Shown here one piece after another: positions 27,377 through 40,330 of a DNA stretch of 64,000 nucleotides. Source of the stretch: Curvularia clavata (lineage: Eukaryota). The DNA is taken from contig CP089275.1 in the NCBI GenBank assembly GCA_023920165.1, forward strand, positions 3,348,001 to 3,412,000, in the 5' to 3' direction. A program made the translations under genes and the position numbers. Positions within the stretch are counted from its first letter, which is position 1. Each line of letters opens with the position of its first letter. Below the pieces are notes generated by a model. That model ran no database searches, was not told the origin of the DNA, and saw only the letters and a list, made by a program, of their open reading frames with translations.

Positions 27377-28521
27377 CTACGCCTTACCATCATATTTTGG
27401 GTCTCTTGCATTCAACTTTGAATCATACTCAATCTTCACCTCATGCTCGATGCCATCCTCATCCACTATCAAGGCATGATTGGCCTGGATCAGATGCCAC
27501 TCCTTCTCATCAAAAGTTGTCGGCTCGCTCGCAATAATCGTGTGCTTGCCCATTCGTTCAGCCTCTAGTGTGGCTTCTAAATTCTCCAGCTCTTTGCTGT
27601 CCGGGTTGCCTGGGTACTTGGTGTTTAGCGTACGGCCAGCGAATTCAGACCAGTAGAGACTAGGTGGCTGCTGGGTAGCGTGGTTACGGAAACGGATGGC
27701 GACCATTCTCCTACCGTCCGTGGTACAAAAGTTGAGTGAGTTGGGCGTGTTGGCGTCACCGAGTTTAGCATGCTGGAGTTCGAGAATGCGGATGACCGTC
27801 TTTTGCATGGCTTCAAGCATTTTCTTGATGGGATAACACTTCTCCCAGCTCTCTTTGTCTCCGCCGTCGGTCAGGAAGGTCATGTACAGGGCAGCCGCGT
27901 GCTCAGAGTCTGTGCTGCCCATAATATTGCAGTAGGCGTCAAAAGACATGTCGTCGGTCATATCGCGGCGGATGCTGGAAAAGTTGGAAACGACTCCATT
28001 ATGCATGAAGACGTGGCGGCCAAAAACAAAAGGATGGGAATTTACCGGTGTCACAGCGCTACCACTGGAGGCACGGATGTGGGCAAAGACACACTGTGAC
28101 TCAGTGTTTTGGCAAAGTGACTTGAAGTTGAAATCATTGATGGGCGGGGATTGGGACTTGTAGAGGGCTGGACGGGGTCCATCTACATGCTTGATGTACG
28201 AAGAAGTAGCATTGGTGTACCCTGCCCAGGTTTGTCAGTTGAACCTGGGAAGGCGTTCGAAAATGAATTAAGGAAGTCTCTTGGCCACGCAAGCACCTTG
28301 CACTTACACGCAATACCTAAGCCATCCATGTTCAAGAGGGAGTTTCGCATACGCATAAGCTCATCAGGGGCGTCGTGAAGATCCCTATCGTCGTCGTGGG
28401 GAAGAAGCTGGGGCAAATAGTGTTCAGAACATTGCTTGCTAATGCTATTGGCGGGCGTGATGAGGACATCGGATAGGAGGCAAGGCTCCATCGGAGAGAT
28501 GTAGGCGAACCAGCGACACAT
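27377..28521 (-). CDS. Class II glutamine amidotransferase / Ntn-hydrolase (Dug3/EgtC-like), 2 exons
   Basis: N-terminal M-C-R (Cys2 nucleophile), NMDGLGIAWY, FAHIRAS, NSHPFVFG, FMHNG, GSTDSEH and IIASEP. Confidence 0.9.
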
Positions 28522-30864
28522 GATGTTGGTCTTGTTCGAGAGATTGTTTTCTTGTATGTATAGGAAGGAAGGAAGAATGGATTAAGGGCAAGTTATGTTG
28601 ATATAGAGACGTGAATTCTCCCAGAGAAGTACTCGAGGTGGGGAAGAAGGCGAGATGTGTCGCACTGCAGGCTTAAAGAAGCAAATTATCTGACGTGTTC
28701 TCAGCTGTGAGCGATATATGCTGTGGAGGTGGCTGCAGGCAGGTATCACAGGCTAGTAAAACGACTCGGAGATACTTGACGAGACGGGACGCAAGTAATA
28801 GAGAGTATAAGAAGCAGCCACGGTTGTAGATGTGTTGCTGTGGCTATGCTCTGGAAGGCCAAGGCTACCATCGGAATGTGATAAGCATGTCAGATTGCAT
28901 GATTAAGCAAGATGCAAAGAAAAGCACCACGTGGAAGTGCGGGGCCGGCGGGAGCGGGGCATCCCGTCGATAAGAGACATCAATCAACCTGCCTTCTAGC
29001 GCATCATGAAGCAGCAGTATATGCCTGGAGATGCAGCCATACGGATCTCTTTGTGCAATGGGTTGTCGAATCCAAGGCTGTGCGGAACATAGCGGCGGAG
29101 GCACAGAGCACGTGGCCAGCGAATAGTTCCTGAAGCGCCTTAGCCAGCAGGCAAATTCGATGAGGCCCAATGGAGTATGGTAGGCCACAAGAAACCGGTC
29201 TGGTAAATTTAGACGTGTCTGTAGTCCGGCTGGGGCACATTAGTCGTCATGCGAGGGCGACATTTGGGAACGAACTAAATTAGTGCTCATAAGGCGATGA
29301 TTAGTGAGTGAGAACAATCCACAAGTCCAGTGAAGATGTCGGCGACGTAAGTATAGGTGTGAGAGGAGGAGTACCGAATGTACAGTCCATGTGTATTAGA
29401 TGAGTATGGCAAGTCGATGCGGGCCGCCGAGCATGCCCTTGCCCCACATCACGTGATACCCTCTTCACAGGGACCTGTGACGGCAGCCCAGCCTATGCCG
29501 AGGCGGACTGGGGAAAAAAGGCTTGGTAGTCACATGCCGTATGAGCGGCCATGGGACGACTAGCAGGCAAGCGAAGAAACAGCTGAAGCCGTATACTGGC
29601 CGTGCACCCCTTGGCTCGGCACTTCTCAGGCATGATGCCGTCATTTGATAACTGCTTGCCTGGCCTACACCACGCCAATCTCCCAACGATTGGGAGCTGC
29701 GTGCAACTTGATTCAAGCTCGGCACCTTCTTCCTTGCTATCAGCCGAGAGTCGCTCCAGAGGCTTGCATGGTGCGGCTCCGCGTTCCCTCGCCCAGCACA
29801 CGTCGTATCCGACACCCTCATTCTTCCAAAACACGCGAGCGGCTATCAGTCTCTCAGCCGCAGCGATACACACCCCCACTTGCTCTCATCCGACCACACC
29901 CCGAGCCCTGGACCCAAGCAGGCCGTGGTGCGGCGGCGCTGTGCACTCAGAAGTTTGCAGTTCGCCCGGTGCCTACCGACAGGCCGCGATGCATCCTCCA
30001 CTAGCACGCTTCGGAGCGCAGCGAACCCATCCATAGCCCTGTCCGCCATACTGGATTACGTTCCCTTAACAGTCGTCGCGCGGCCGCCGACATGGGTCCT
30101 TGTTGCCGTTCCAGTGCCTGGGCTAGGCGCCGTAACCCTCAGTTACACTGCTCTGGGGCAAAATGTCGCCCACCCCGGATCATCACCACGACGCCCGCTT
30201 CTTCTAGAGCGCTATCTGGCAACCAACGAGGGGCTGGCCATGCGACCTCCACACCACACTACTCGCACCGCACTCTCGACGAGCGGGGTTTTTGGCGTAT
30301 CCAGCGGGCTGGGCTTGACTGCGAAAACTCTGTGCCGCTTGCCGACGACCTTGCCCAGAGCCATGGGTATGCGCACTACGCCCAATATGTCTAGCCTAGG
30401 CCGGAACCCTAGTGCGCCGCTAAGCCGCTTTGGACTCATGGTCGTATCCAGTATCCCAGCCCTCACCACCGCGAGGGATCCACAGGCAAGGCAATTCTGT
30501 GCCGCTCCCACAACTCTGGTCTATAAAGACCCTGCCTTTCACCCTGCGTGTCCCAGTGTGAGTTAAGCGATTTCTCCTCCATCGCCTCTACCCCTCCACT
30601 TTCTGTCCACTGCTCTTCAGTGCGACTCATTTTGTAGCTCTTGCTGCGCCCTCTCCTCCTCCCAACGCGTTTGATAGTTGGCCCTCCTCATCCAGCCTTC
30701 TACTCCAGAGCGACAACTCCCTTACAGCCCAGCCCAGCCCAGCTCAACCCATTTGAGCCCCAGCCCAGCCCATACCTAAGCGACTTTCCATTGCGGCCAA
30801 ATCTACTCCCTAGCGACATTTGCCCTTTCTGCCAAAGCGACAAACCCCCTCTCCCCTTGCAACC

Positions 30865-32629
30865 ATGGTACAAGAGAAAAAGTATTCCGGCGAGTTCATC
30901 CGCGAGTCGGAGCCCAATGACGATATACAACATGGCGAAGTGACCGACAATTCGGATGACTTGCAGCGTCATCTTGGAAACCGTCAAATCCAGCTCATCG
31001 CCATCGGCGGCTCCATAGGTACTGCTCTGTTCGTGTCCATCGGTGGTGCCCTCAACTCGGGTGGCCCTCTCGGTATGCTGCTCGCCTACGCCGGATATTC
31101 CTGCATCATCGCCCTTGTGAACAACGCCATGGCCGAAATGGCAAGCTTTATGCCCGTCTCCGGAGGTTTCATCCGCATGGCTGGACATTGGGTTGACGAG
31201 TCCCTCGGCTTCATGGCCGGCTGGAACTTCTTCTTCTACGAGGCCCTGCTGATTCCGTTTGAGATAACGGCTCTTAACGTTGTGCTAAAATTTTGGAGAG
31301 ATGACATTCCAGTCGCTGCTGTCTGTGCGGCAGTCATCGTTCTCTACGCGTAAGACGGCTCGACTTCAATACATGGAATTTTGACTAACTGCATCATAGT
31401 GCTTGCAATATTCTTGCTGTCAAAGCCTACGGTGAAGCCGAGTTCTGGCTCTCAGGTGGCAGTAAGTGTACTTGTCCTGCTTTGGATGATGAAATAGAGA
31501 ACTGACTCGTCTCGCAGAGGTCTTCCTCATCTTGATCCTCTACGCCTTCACTTTTATTACCATGGTTGGTGGCAACCCTCAGGGCGATGCCTACGGTTTC
31601 CGCTACTGGCGTGACCCGGGCCCAATTCCTGGAGCCACGTCTCTCGCTCGGTTCGAGGGATTCCTTGGTGCTCTGTGGGCTGCCTCCTTCTGTATTGTTG
31701 GTCCCGAGTACATCTCCATGGTATCTGGTGAGGCCAAGCGCCCTCGCGTCTACATTAAGAGCGCCTTCAAGACCGTCTACTTCCGATTCGGCGCCTTCTT
31801 CATTCTCGGTGCTCTCTGCGTCGGTGTTGTCGTCGCCTACAACGACCCTCAGCTCGAGTCTGTGCTCAAGTCTGGTGAGAAGAGTGCTGCTGCCTCTCCC
31901 TACGTTATTGCCATGAGCAACCTCAAGATCAATGGCCTTCCTCACCTTGTCAACGCCCTCTTGATCACGAGTATCTTCTCTGCCGGTAACACATACACCT
32001 ACTGCGCCACCCGTAGCTTATACTCGCTCGCCATCGAGGGCCGCGCCCCCAAGCTTTTCCGCAAGTGCACCAAGAACGGTGTTCCCATCTACTGCTTCCT
32101 CGTCGTCATGATCTTCCCCTTCCTGTCCTTCCTGCAACTCTCGGACAACTCCGCCAAGGTCCTCAAGTGGCTCGTCAACATCATCACTGCCGGTGGTCTT
32201 ATCAACTTCATCGTCATGTGTGGCACTTACCTCGCATTCTACAAGGCATGCAAGGTCCAAGGACTTGACCGTAAGACGCTCCCATACTGCGGTTACTTCC
32301 AGCCTTACGGAACCTGGTTTGCGCTGTGCTTCGAGATCTGCGTTGTTTTCGTCTATGGCTACTCCACATTCTTGCCTGGCGCCTTCACTCTCGAGACCTT
32401 TTTCACCTACTACACCATGGTCATTGTAGCACCAATTCTGTTCATCTTCTGGAAGTTGTTCAAGAGGACCAAGTGGCTAGCACCACACGAGGTTGATCTT
32501 GTTTGGGACGCTCCTCTCATTGACGCCTACGAGGCCTCTTTCATCACACCACCTGTTGGTTTCTGGACAGAGATGCTTCAGCTCGTTGGCCTGAAGCGCA
32601 GCGTTCCAGTTGACAAGCGTGCTGTTTAG
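30865..32629 (+). CDS. Yeast amino acid transporter (YAT/APC) family permease, Agp2-like, 3 exons
   Basis: LGNRQIQLIAIGGSIGTALFV, YGEAEFWLSGGK, GPEYISMVSGEAKRPR and SIFSAGNTYTYCATRSLYSLA; strong C-ending codon bias. Confidence 0.93.
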
Positions 32630-35600
32630 GATGCCTGAAGCGCCAGCTATTTGCATAGGGCACAATGAATGAAGCGCATTTAGTACTGATATGATATTGA
32701 CCTAGATGGTTAGATCGGTCGTTTTCAACAGCCTTTAGGTGCTGGTTACGAGTTCAAATGAATACAGATACCCCTTTGCTTTTGCAGCAGCATCAGCATC
32801 ATACTAGCGACTTGCGATTGATGACCGGCCTCTGCTATTCCCATGCGACAAACAGCGAGGCTGATTTCCAACCGGGACCCAAGCGACACTCTTCCTGTAC
32901 CCAACTGCGGCAAACCAAAGCGACGCTACTATGGCCACACACATACGACACTACCTATGCAGCAATTCGCCATGTGATCCTGACGGCGGTGCATGAGCCT
33001 AGCCGGGCCTAGAGTACGGCATCAATTAGTTTTCACCCCACGACCCATAGACTTTGCCACGCAGCGCCACAACAAGCCGTCACCACTGCTAGAGACTCAA
33101 TCGCGATCTGTGATGCCGCCAGCTTGGGTTTTGACGGCAATGTGTATGCCTGTGCATCGGAAGATCGGAAAGCTCGAAAACGCCAGTCCCATCTGGACAC
33201 GGGCTAATAGAAGGCGTAGAAGCTCATGTAGTGTTGCAGTCAGCCACGCCCCGCTCCGCCACTCGTTCTGCCTCGCCACGACTGCGCAGATTTTCTCACA
33301 AACATTGTTCTTGTGCGACACTCTTCTGGACACCCGTGCGACTATGGACCAGTGATAGTTGGCGCTCGTTATCGCAAGATCGCAAGATCGCCAGAGCATC
33401 GTTATTGGCAAAGGCCGCCTTGGGCGCGCATCGCCCAGGACGCTGTCTCAGGCCATCGTTTTTTCGGGCTCGTTCACAGGCTGGACCGTGCGGTTTCTTG
33501 GACCGATCAAATGCTGATAAGCATCAGTTGGCAACGGGTGGCTGTCCCAGCAAATAGCATTTTGGCCGGCGAGTTTTGGTGTGGACGCTTGGTACCTGCG
33601 CCTCCACACTCTGAGCCCTGCCAAGTCCTGGCCTTGTCCAACCGCGGAGTCGCATAATGTTATCCCTCGTCGCGAACACCAGCAGCGTCAGTGCGCGACA
33701 TATTTCCCGACAGTCCCTCGCTCTTTGCATCCTAATACGACTATTCTGTCCCGGCTCTCCCTCTCTTAACCATGGCTTCCGCTCATCGACGCGCCACAAT
33801 CTCGCCGCCGTGTTGGTTCTCCTGCACCAATCATCCTAGGAAACTCGGACGCGAAAATGTACTATGCTTTGCTAGCAGCTAGCTCTGCCGTCCCTTGCAG
33901 CCCTTTTCTCCGCATTTGATAACGCACTGCGGGTCTGGGATCCGTTCTTTTGTTTTCGACTGTGCGCGATGCATGGTCCGCTATCCGCACACGACTAAGA
34001 ACATGTATATGTCCGAGGAGATCATGATGCTGGGTAGGTTGGTGTCAAACTTTCACCTAAGATGTGTTGTGCGTGTTGCAGGGAAAATCACTAGGATTCA
34101 TGGATGATTCTGCTATACGCCGGCGTAAAGGAGGCTGGTAGCTTGGCGGTTCGACTGTGAAGGTAGGAACCGTGCCGCAGCGTGCCGCGCCGGATGCCAG
34201 GACTGAGAAGGGTAATAGGTGAGTGTGTGGCAGTTTGGCTGACTGATCATGAAATTGCTTTACTGCTTCTACAGCCATCTTTCCGTCGGAAAAGGGGGTT
34301 GTCTGACACCGTTTGCGTGTAATATTGACAACGCCATGCTTAATGATTCTGCACGATCACTCAAAGATGCAAGTGCATCTTATGCTGACTCTGATTACAT
34401 GCAGTTGCATTACTGATTTGTGACTTTATAGACCAGTGTAAATTATCTGTGGTTTTTGCGGGTGTCGGGGAATAGGATGTAGAGCAAGAGTAAGTGAGAC
34501 AGGACAGACAGCCATATTGAAAACCAGTAGACACAGTTATTGAGAACAACCAAAAATATCCATCCTATCAATGTTATCAAATACATTTTGACAAGACTAC
34601 TTGTCTATACACTTTCCAATGCTACTATAGACTCAAACGGCCATCCTCTCGACCACACTATGCGCACATTCACCCCTACCCTCACGCTTCCCATCCATTT
34701 TATTACCATTAAGCCACTTACTGTACAAACACTCTGTCACCTCCGACACATCTCTCTTATCGCCTATCAACCAAACAAAACCCGTAGTTTATCAAACAAA
34801 TAGATACGAGACGAACCGCTCAAACTCAATGCTCCTTTCTTATCAGTTATCTCTTCTCACCTGTTTTTGCCACAAGATAACCACCCAACCCGTAGCCTTC
34901 TTTCGCAACTCCCTGCCTTTAACATTGCCTGTATCCTCACAAACTCCCTAAACCCCCCAAACTCGTCAACCCCACCCGTACATAGTTCGATACTCCATCG
35001 GACCTTCCCTTCCCTTCCCTTTCTTTCCCCACCACACCCCATCCTAACACGCATGTGTATCCACATTTGAAACGGACCGATTACTCATGTATTCTTACCT
35101 CACATCATCCTAAGACGCGGGAACCCCGTTCGTGCATATTGTAGTTAAAGTGGCGCATGGAGTGATGGCCGCGCGATGCAAGTGCTATGTACAGCCATGA
35201 TGAGGGGAGACGGGGGAGAGTACCTGGTTGGGCTGAGCTGGGCTGGGCTGGGCTAAGCTGAGGTGTGTGTGGGTGTGTGGGTGTGGGGAAGGGGGAGTCT
35301 GGTACCCCTTCAGTAATGCATATGCGCGTACGTATAGCGGGTGCTGGAGGATCTGGGGTAGGCAATCGTCTGTGTGAGGAGTTTTTGGGTTGGCAGGCAG
35401 GTTGTTTTAGCTATGTTGGGTTTGGGGATCCGAGGCGGACTGGTGGGCTTTGGTGTGGCGCGGATACAGCTAGGTGGGTGGTAGTGATAGTGCGCATGGA
35501 AGGATGGAAGGACGCAGAGAAACGAGCATGGTCTATGTGACGTGCAGGCCTTTGCGCGGGGGTTCCTATTTTACAGATGGAAAAAGGTGATATTTCGTGA

Positions 35601-35721
35601 CTTGGGTTTAGGCTTAGTATCTCACTTGTGCGTTGTTTTACTCATATAGATTTCAGTGTTTGAATACGTTTTTTTGTTTGGATGTTACACGTCATGCGAA
35701 CACAACATTTGTACGTATGTA

Positions 35722-36318
35722 TCATGAAAGCCCGTATAGCTGCCCCATCGCTTCTTGCATGTCAACATCGTTCTTCGTGATAAGCGGCTTTTCATCTCCA
35801 ATAAATTGTCCGCAAATCTGGTATGCAAAGTGCAATCCCAGCGTTACAAGTAGCAAAGGTATCACGATGCGTCCTAGCAGACGGCCCCAAGAGACTACCT
35901 CTTTTCCTGTTTTGACGCCACTCTGATCTGTCGAACTAGAAGAAAGCGTGCTCTTACCCTCCCTCCCTTCGTCCTTTTCCTCGTCTACTCCGCCCTCCAA
36001 AACCGTCAAGTAGGCCAATCTTCCTAGCCACAAATGCCATCCGAGCAGTACGATAAACGCAAAAGAAGCATTCATCCAGGAGAATTGAGCGTACGGAGAT
36101 TCTGCTCGCCTTCCAAGGATCTCGTACATCTCGTCGAAGCCTTGGACTGCACGGTGTATGGTGAGGGGGATCATAAGCATTGCTGCGGTGATTGCTGCGA
36201 CTTCTAGGCTGTGCATACCGAGACGCTTGAAAAATGTTGATTTCCGCTTGTAAAGATGCCAGTTTCGGATGAAATCGGTTTCCCGAGAGTGCGTTGTGGA
36301 CATCGTAAGAAGCATCAT
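35722..36318 (-). CDS. Hypothetical membrane protein with about 3 hydrophobic segments
   Basis: 198-aa ORF with three hydrophobic stretches. No family recognised; an upstream exon is possible. Confidence 0.45.
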   Translation of the reverse strand: MMLLTMSTTHSRETDFIRNWHLYKRKSTFFKRLGMHSLEVAAITAAMLMIPLTIHRAVQGFDEMYEILGRRAESPYAQFSWMNASFAFIVLLGWHLWLGRLAYLTVLEGGVDEEKDEGREGKSTLSSSSTDQSGVKTGKEVVSWGRLLGRIVIPLLLVTLGLHFAYQICGQFIGDEKPLITKNDVDMQEAMGQLYGLS

Positions 36319-38840
36319 GGTGCGATGTCTAGGATTGAGGATATTTGGTATAAATAGTATCGATAGTGATGATTTAGGTGTAGCAAGCGCCCAGAATAGA
36401 GAGTTGTCTTTGTGGAATCCTGAGCGTAAGTTTGTTGTACTAGGTCGTATCCAGGGTAAACAAGTCGTGTTGGTCAGTGTCGTGATTGTACCTGCTGTTG
36501 CTGCGTCTCATCAGGGCTGACCTTCCTGGATTTCCGGATGCTTCAATGGAGCGCTCTGCTTCTTGGATACAACGAAAAGCTCTCTTCCAGCTCGTCCAGT
36601 GGATCTTTGTTCTTGTATACGTGAGCTGCTGACGCTTTTCTTTTCCGGCTGCTTTGCGCACGTGAGGCAGCCCCCCTTTTGTCAGCACAAAGAACCCGGT
36701 ACTCTATTGCGCAAAAGCAATTCGACCCTGCTGTTCAATTGTCTGTCCTTCTCTTATATTTCTCGTGTTCAGTCTACCGTTCAATTGCGACCACAAGGAA
36801 ACTCCGTCGGCACTTTCTCTCGTGAACTCACTCCTACGAATGTCGCATGTGCCAAGCCCCCGCAATTCCCACACCGCCTAACCCGTTCAATCGACTCTAG
36901 ACCCTTGGTTTCAGCCACGCAACGGACTTCTTTGCATCGGGAAATAGTACAATAGAATGCGAAAGTCCTTGGTCGAGGAAACGAAGCAGAGAAAGGAATT
37001 GTAGTAGAAGTGCCTATCATCACGGGTTTGCACACTTCCGCAGCCCCCCGAGGTTGTAGATGCCCGGCTGTGCCCCGCATTCCACATGCTGAGCGAGTCG
37101 TGTGCCGTGCCACGACAAGCACTGATTGGCCACCACAACTGAGCCCCAGTGTACACAAGCGTCCATGGTAATTAGCAGTGGCACGGAAGTAGTGATGAGA
37201 AAGGAAGGTGAGCATGTAACAGAAATGGTCATCATGACTGTACTGAATGGCAAAGTTGTCGTATCGGTAATTCCGTGGCTTTTACGTCGCGAATGAAGAT
37301 GAACACAATGCGTACAATGAGTCCAGAGATTTCGGCCAAGTGTGTTTGACAGCCTTTATATCAGCTGCTCTGTTCGTTCCATCTCAGTTTTTATGCACCT
37401 GTCAAACCCTTAACAGTAGAAAAGTTTTGCTGGAAAGATTACTTCTTGTTTTCTTTTTTCTTTTTTCCTTTTTGTTTTTGATATCTAGATTGACAAGGTT
37501 TCCAAGATGGTCCAAATGAAGCCTAGGGCGGAGGGAAGAGTTCCTGAGGAGTGAATGACAGATCACTACTTTCAAGACTAAAATGATGATGACCGGGCTA
37601 GGCGCGATAGAGCATCTAGGAATAAACCTAAAGAAGATGACAACTACGGTGACTCTACAAGGTCCTGCACACGAGCCAGAAAAAACAACATTGAGTAACG
37701 TGCCATTCTCGTGGGTATCGTTGCTCGTTCATTCCACCGTATCACACCCTATGTTCTGTGCCACAGTGACGATGCCTTTCGCACTGGTGTCAGAACAAGA
37801 AATTGTCAACTTCTTGAAAGATACACATACCTGGAGCATCAGAGACATCGCATTGTAGCACCAAAAGATACCAGAAGGCCTCGGTAAAAGATGCAATCAC
37901 CTCGCCTGTACGACTGGTTTCTATCCTACATAAACCCTGAACACAATATTGTCCTGAACCAAGGGTTTTCTTGGATTCATTCCGAGCTCGGTTTTGTTAA
38001 TTTACAAAGCTAGATGGTCTTTCTCCTGTTTTTATTTCATGGAATGAGTAAAAGGGCTAATGCAGACGAGGAGAGGATTCCCTTCACTACAAAAGAGTTC
38101 GCACGAAGGACCCTCGCTATCATAACCGAAAAGCCGGTAGTAAAAGCCCTCATATCCATCCAATTTTCAGCAAGCTAGACACAGCAACGCTGCTCAATAT
38201 GGCTATGTAAAGCCTGCTAGTAACGTTAGCAAAAGGTAGCCTTGAAATTGAGGCCTCAGCCGCCACCACTTCGCTGTACACCTCCCACGTAATCATACAT
38301 TGTCATATAGCCCCTATGTTGCTCAGGCTCTCCATCAAAATACCAACACTACTTTAACCTGAACACAGGGAGAAAAACACCGAACCATGCGCTCCACTCC
38401 TCATTCCACAGCAGGTTTCAGATATAAACCATACAAGGCCGAACACAATCAGGGACAGTCGTCATCAGCACTACGGACAGAAAACCACGACGGGTTTCAC
38501 ACAGCGAGGTCTCATGAATCGCTGGCAGGCGTTACGGTCTAGAACGTTTCTTTTTACGTGAGATGCATCGATCTGCCCTGTGACGGCTGGAACGATATCG
38601 CTCTGCCGCGGAAGGGTTGCATGAAGAGCCCTGTATCGCATTGAGCACGTCACATCACCTATGAAAGTCAGAGTCATGTATGGCGCCTTGTGTCAGGACG
38701 AGTAGCGTGGTATGTTCTTAGTAGCTGAAACAATAGATAGACTTTACTGTAAGGCACCAAACACCCGGATAAGGCAATACCGAAAATGGAGGATTTGTAG
38801 TCGACAGGCCAATAGATGGACACGATTTGGCCCTACCCTG

Positions 38841-40029
38841 CTATCTTCGAGATGGCTCGATGAATGTACTGTCTCCTTCGTCATCTAGATCTTCCTCGGA
38901 GGAATCTTCGTCCTCATCGGGAGCCTCATAATCGTCGTCTGCCTCGTCCTCTTCATCTACACGCGGTTCATCCACCGGAGGCACATGCCTCGATCTCAAC
39001 GTGCGGCCACTGCTGTTGGTTTCTGGCTCGAATTTCTTCACCTTGGCCCTTACCCGGCCCTGTCTGCCTCGGCCTTCAAAGTCTAACGTCCACGAGAGCT
39101 CGAGTCCTTGCTTCCTGGTGCCGGCGTTATCGATGATCCAGCTGTATGGCGTCTTTAGCACGATTTTAGCTTGGATGGTAAAGTAACCCCAGCCCGTGGC
39201 CTCGAACTCGTAGGGCGGAGCCCGCAGAATGCGGTGACTGGGTCGGAACGTGGGATGCTGTGATATGTCAGCTTTCTAAGAAAATAGCGAAATAAAGCAG
39301 TAGTCAAAACATGCGTGCATCTTGACCAAGCCACACATTTTGAATCCCCTTTGAGCTCGATGAGAGCCCGACGCAAATTTTGGCCATGTAGCGTTCGCAA
39401 CCGATAGCTTTTACACTCCACCTCTTGACCAAGAAACATCAAAAGTATACAACTAACCAGGTAAATATGCACTTCCTTGATAAGCTCCGGTCTCGACATG
39501 CGAACAAAAAACGTCCAAAGGTGCGCATTTGAGCTACCAGGGTTCCGAATGAGCCTATGCTTGTTCCCTATAAGAATCATGACACCTTCCACTCCGTCTT
39601 GTCCAACGCGAGAGCCCCTATCGACTTCCTCTTCAACCCGCCTCTCCGCATAAGTAACAGGATACTTTGACTCCAACTGTCTCGCCAGAGCCTTGTCAGG
39701 CGAAGCATTGGTATGCGTCCTGCACATTGGACAGTTGGCCTCCAGATCGTAAGAAGGGTCATAATTTGGATCAAAGTCTGTGAGGTGAACGTCTAGACTT
39801 GAGTGTTCGATTTGGTTGGTGGAAGAGGCGTCGGCCCACTGGGCCATGCACGACGCGCATAGTAGATGGTTGCATTGTGTTCTCACAGGCGTGAAGAGGA
39901 GGAGCTGGCAAATCTGCTAGGCGTGAGCAGATTTGCGCGAATGTTTTTGCTGTTGCCGTTGCGGCTCACAGGGCAGAGGTCGTCGTGTGCGACATTCTCT
40001 GGTGTCGTTGTGGGCGCTGCTTGGGCCAT
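38841..40029 (-). CDS. RING finger (C3HC4) + YEATS domain fusion protein, 3 exons
   Basis: Spliced product: CPICQ...CNHLLCASC...CPMC (RING), then GNKH...HLWTFFVR...VHIYL|HPTF...PPYEFEATGWGYF (YEATS), then an acidic tail. The second intron is 39457-39258. Confidence 0.85.
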
Positions 40030-40330
40030 GGTAGCTTGAAAAAGGAGAAAAGGAAGAAGGACGAAGCAGGTGAGGCCATAGCCGGGCCTGGTGTTTTAAG
40101 GACGCCTTATTTCGTAGTGATGGCATTGCGTTGACCGGTCTCGTACCGGCGGGTGTCATGTTGTCATTGGCTGTAATGCTCTTCAGGCACCAGTCTCGCC
40201 CCACAGAACACGGGTAACAGATCTTCATATGCACGTGACAGCGCGCCACTATGAAGTGGCTGGCTCACACAACGGTGGACTCGGTATTTTAAGATATATT
40301 AATCCACTAAACCCGTAACATACGTGTCCA

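Noticed and set aside
30726..35254. 21-nt inverted match (AGCCC)3AGCTCA at 30726-30746 and 35234-35254 flanking the permease
   Set aside because: Low-complexity pentamer repeat. No transposase or target-site duplication seen.
36781..37215. Cys-containing ORF with CGNC (possible zinc ribbon)
   Set aside because: Too short and lacks supporting gene structure.
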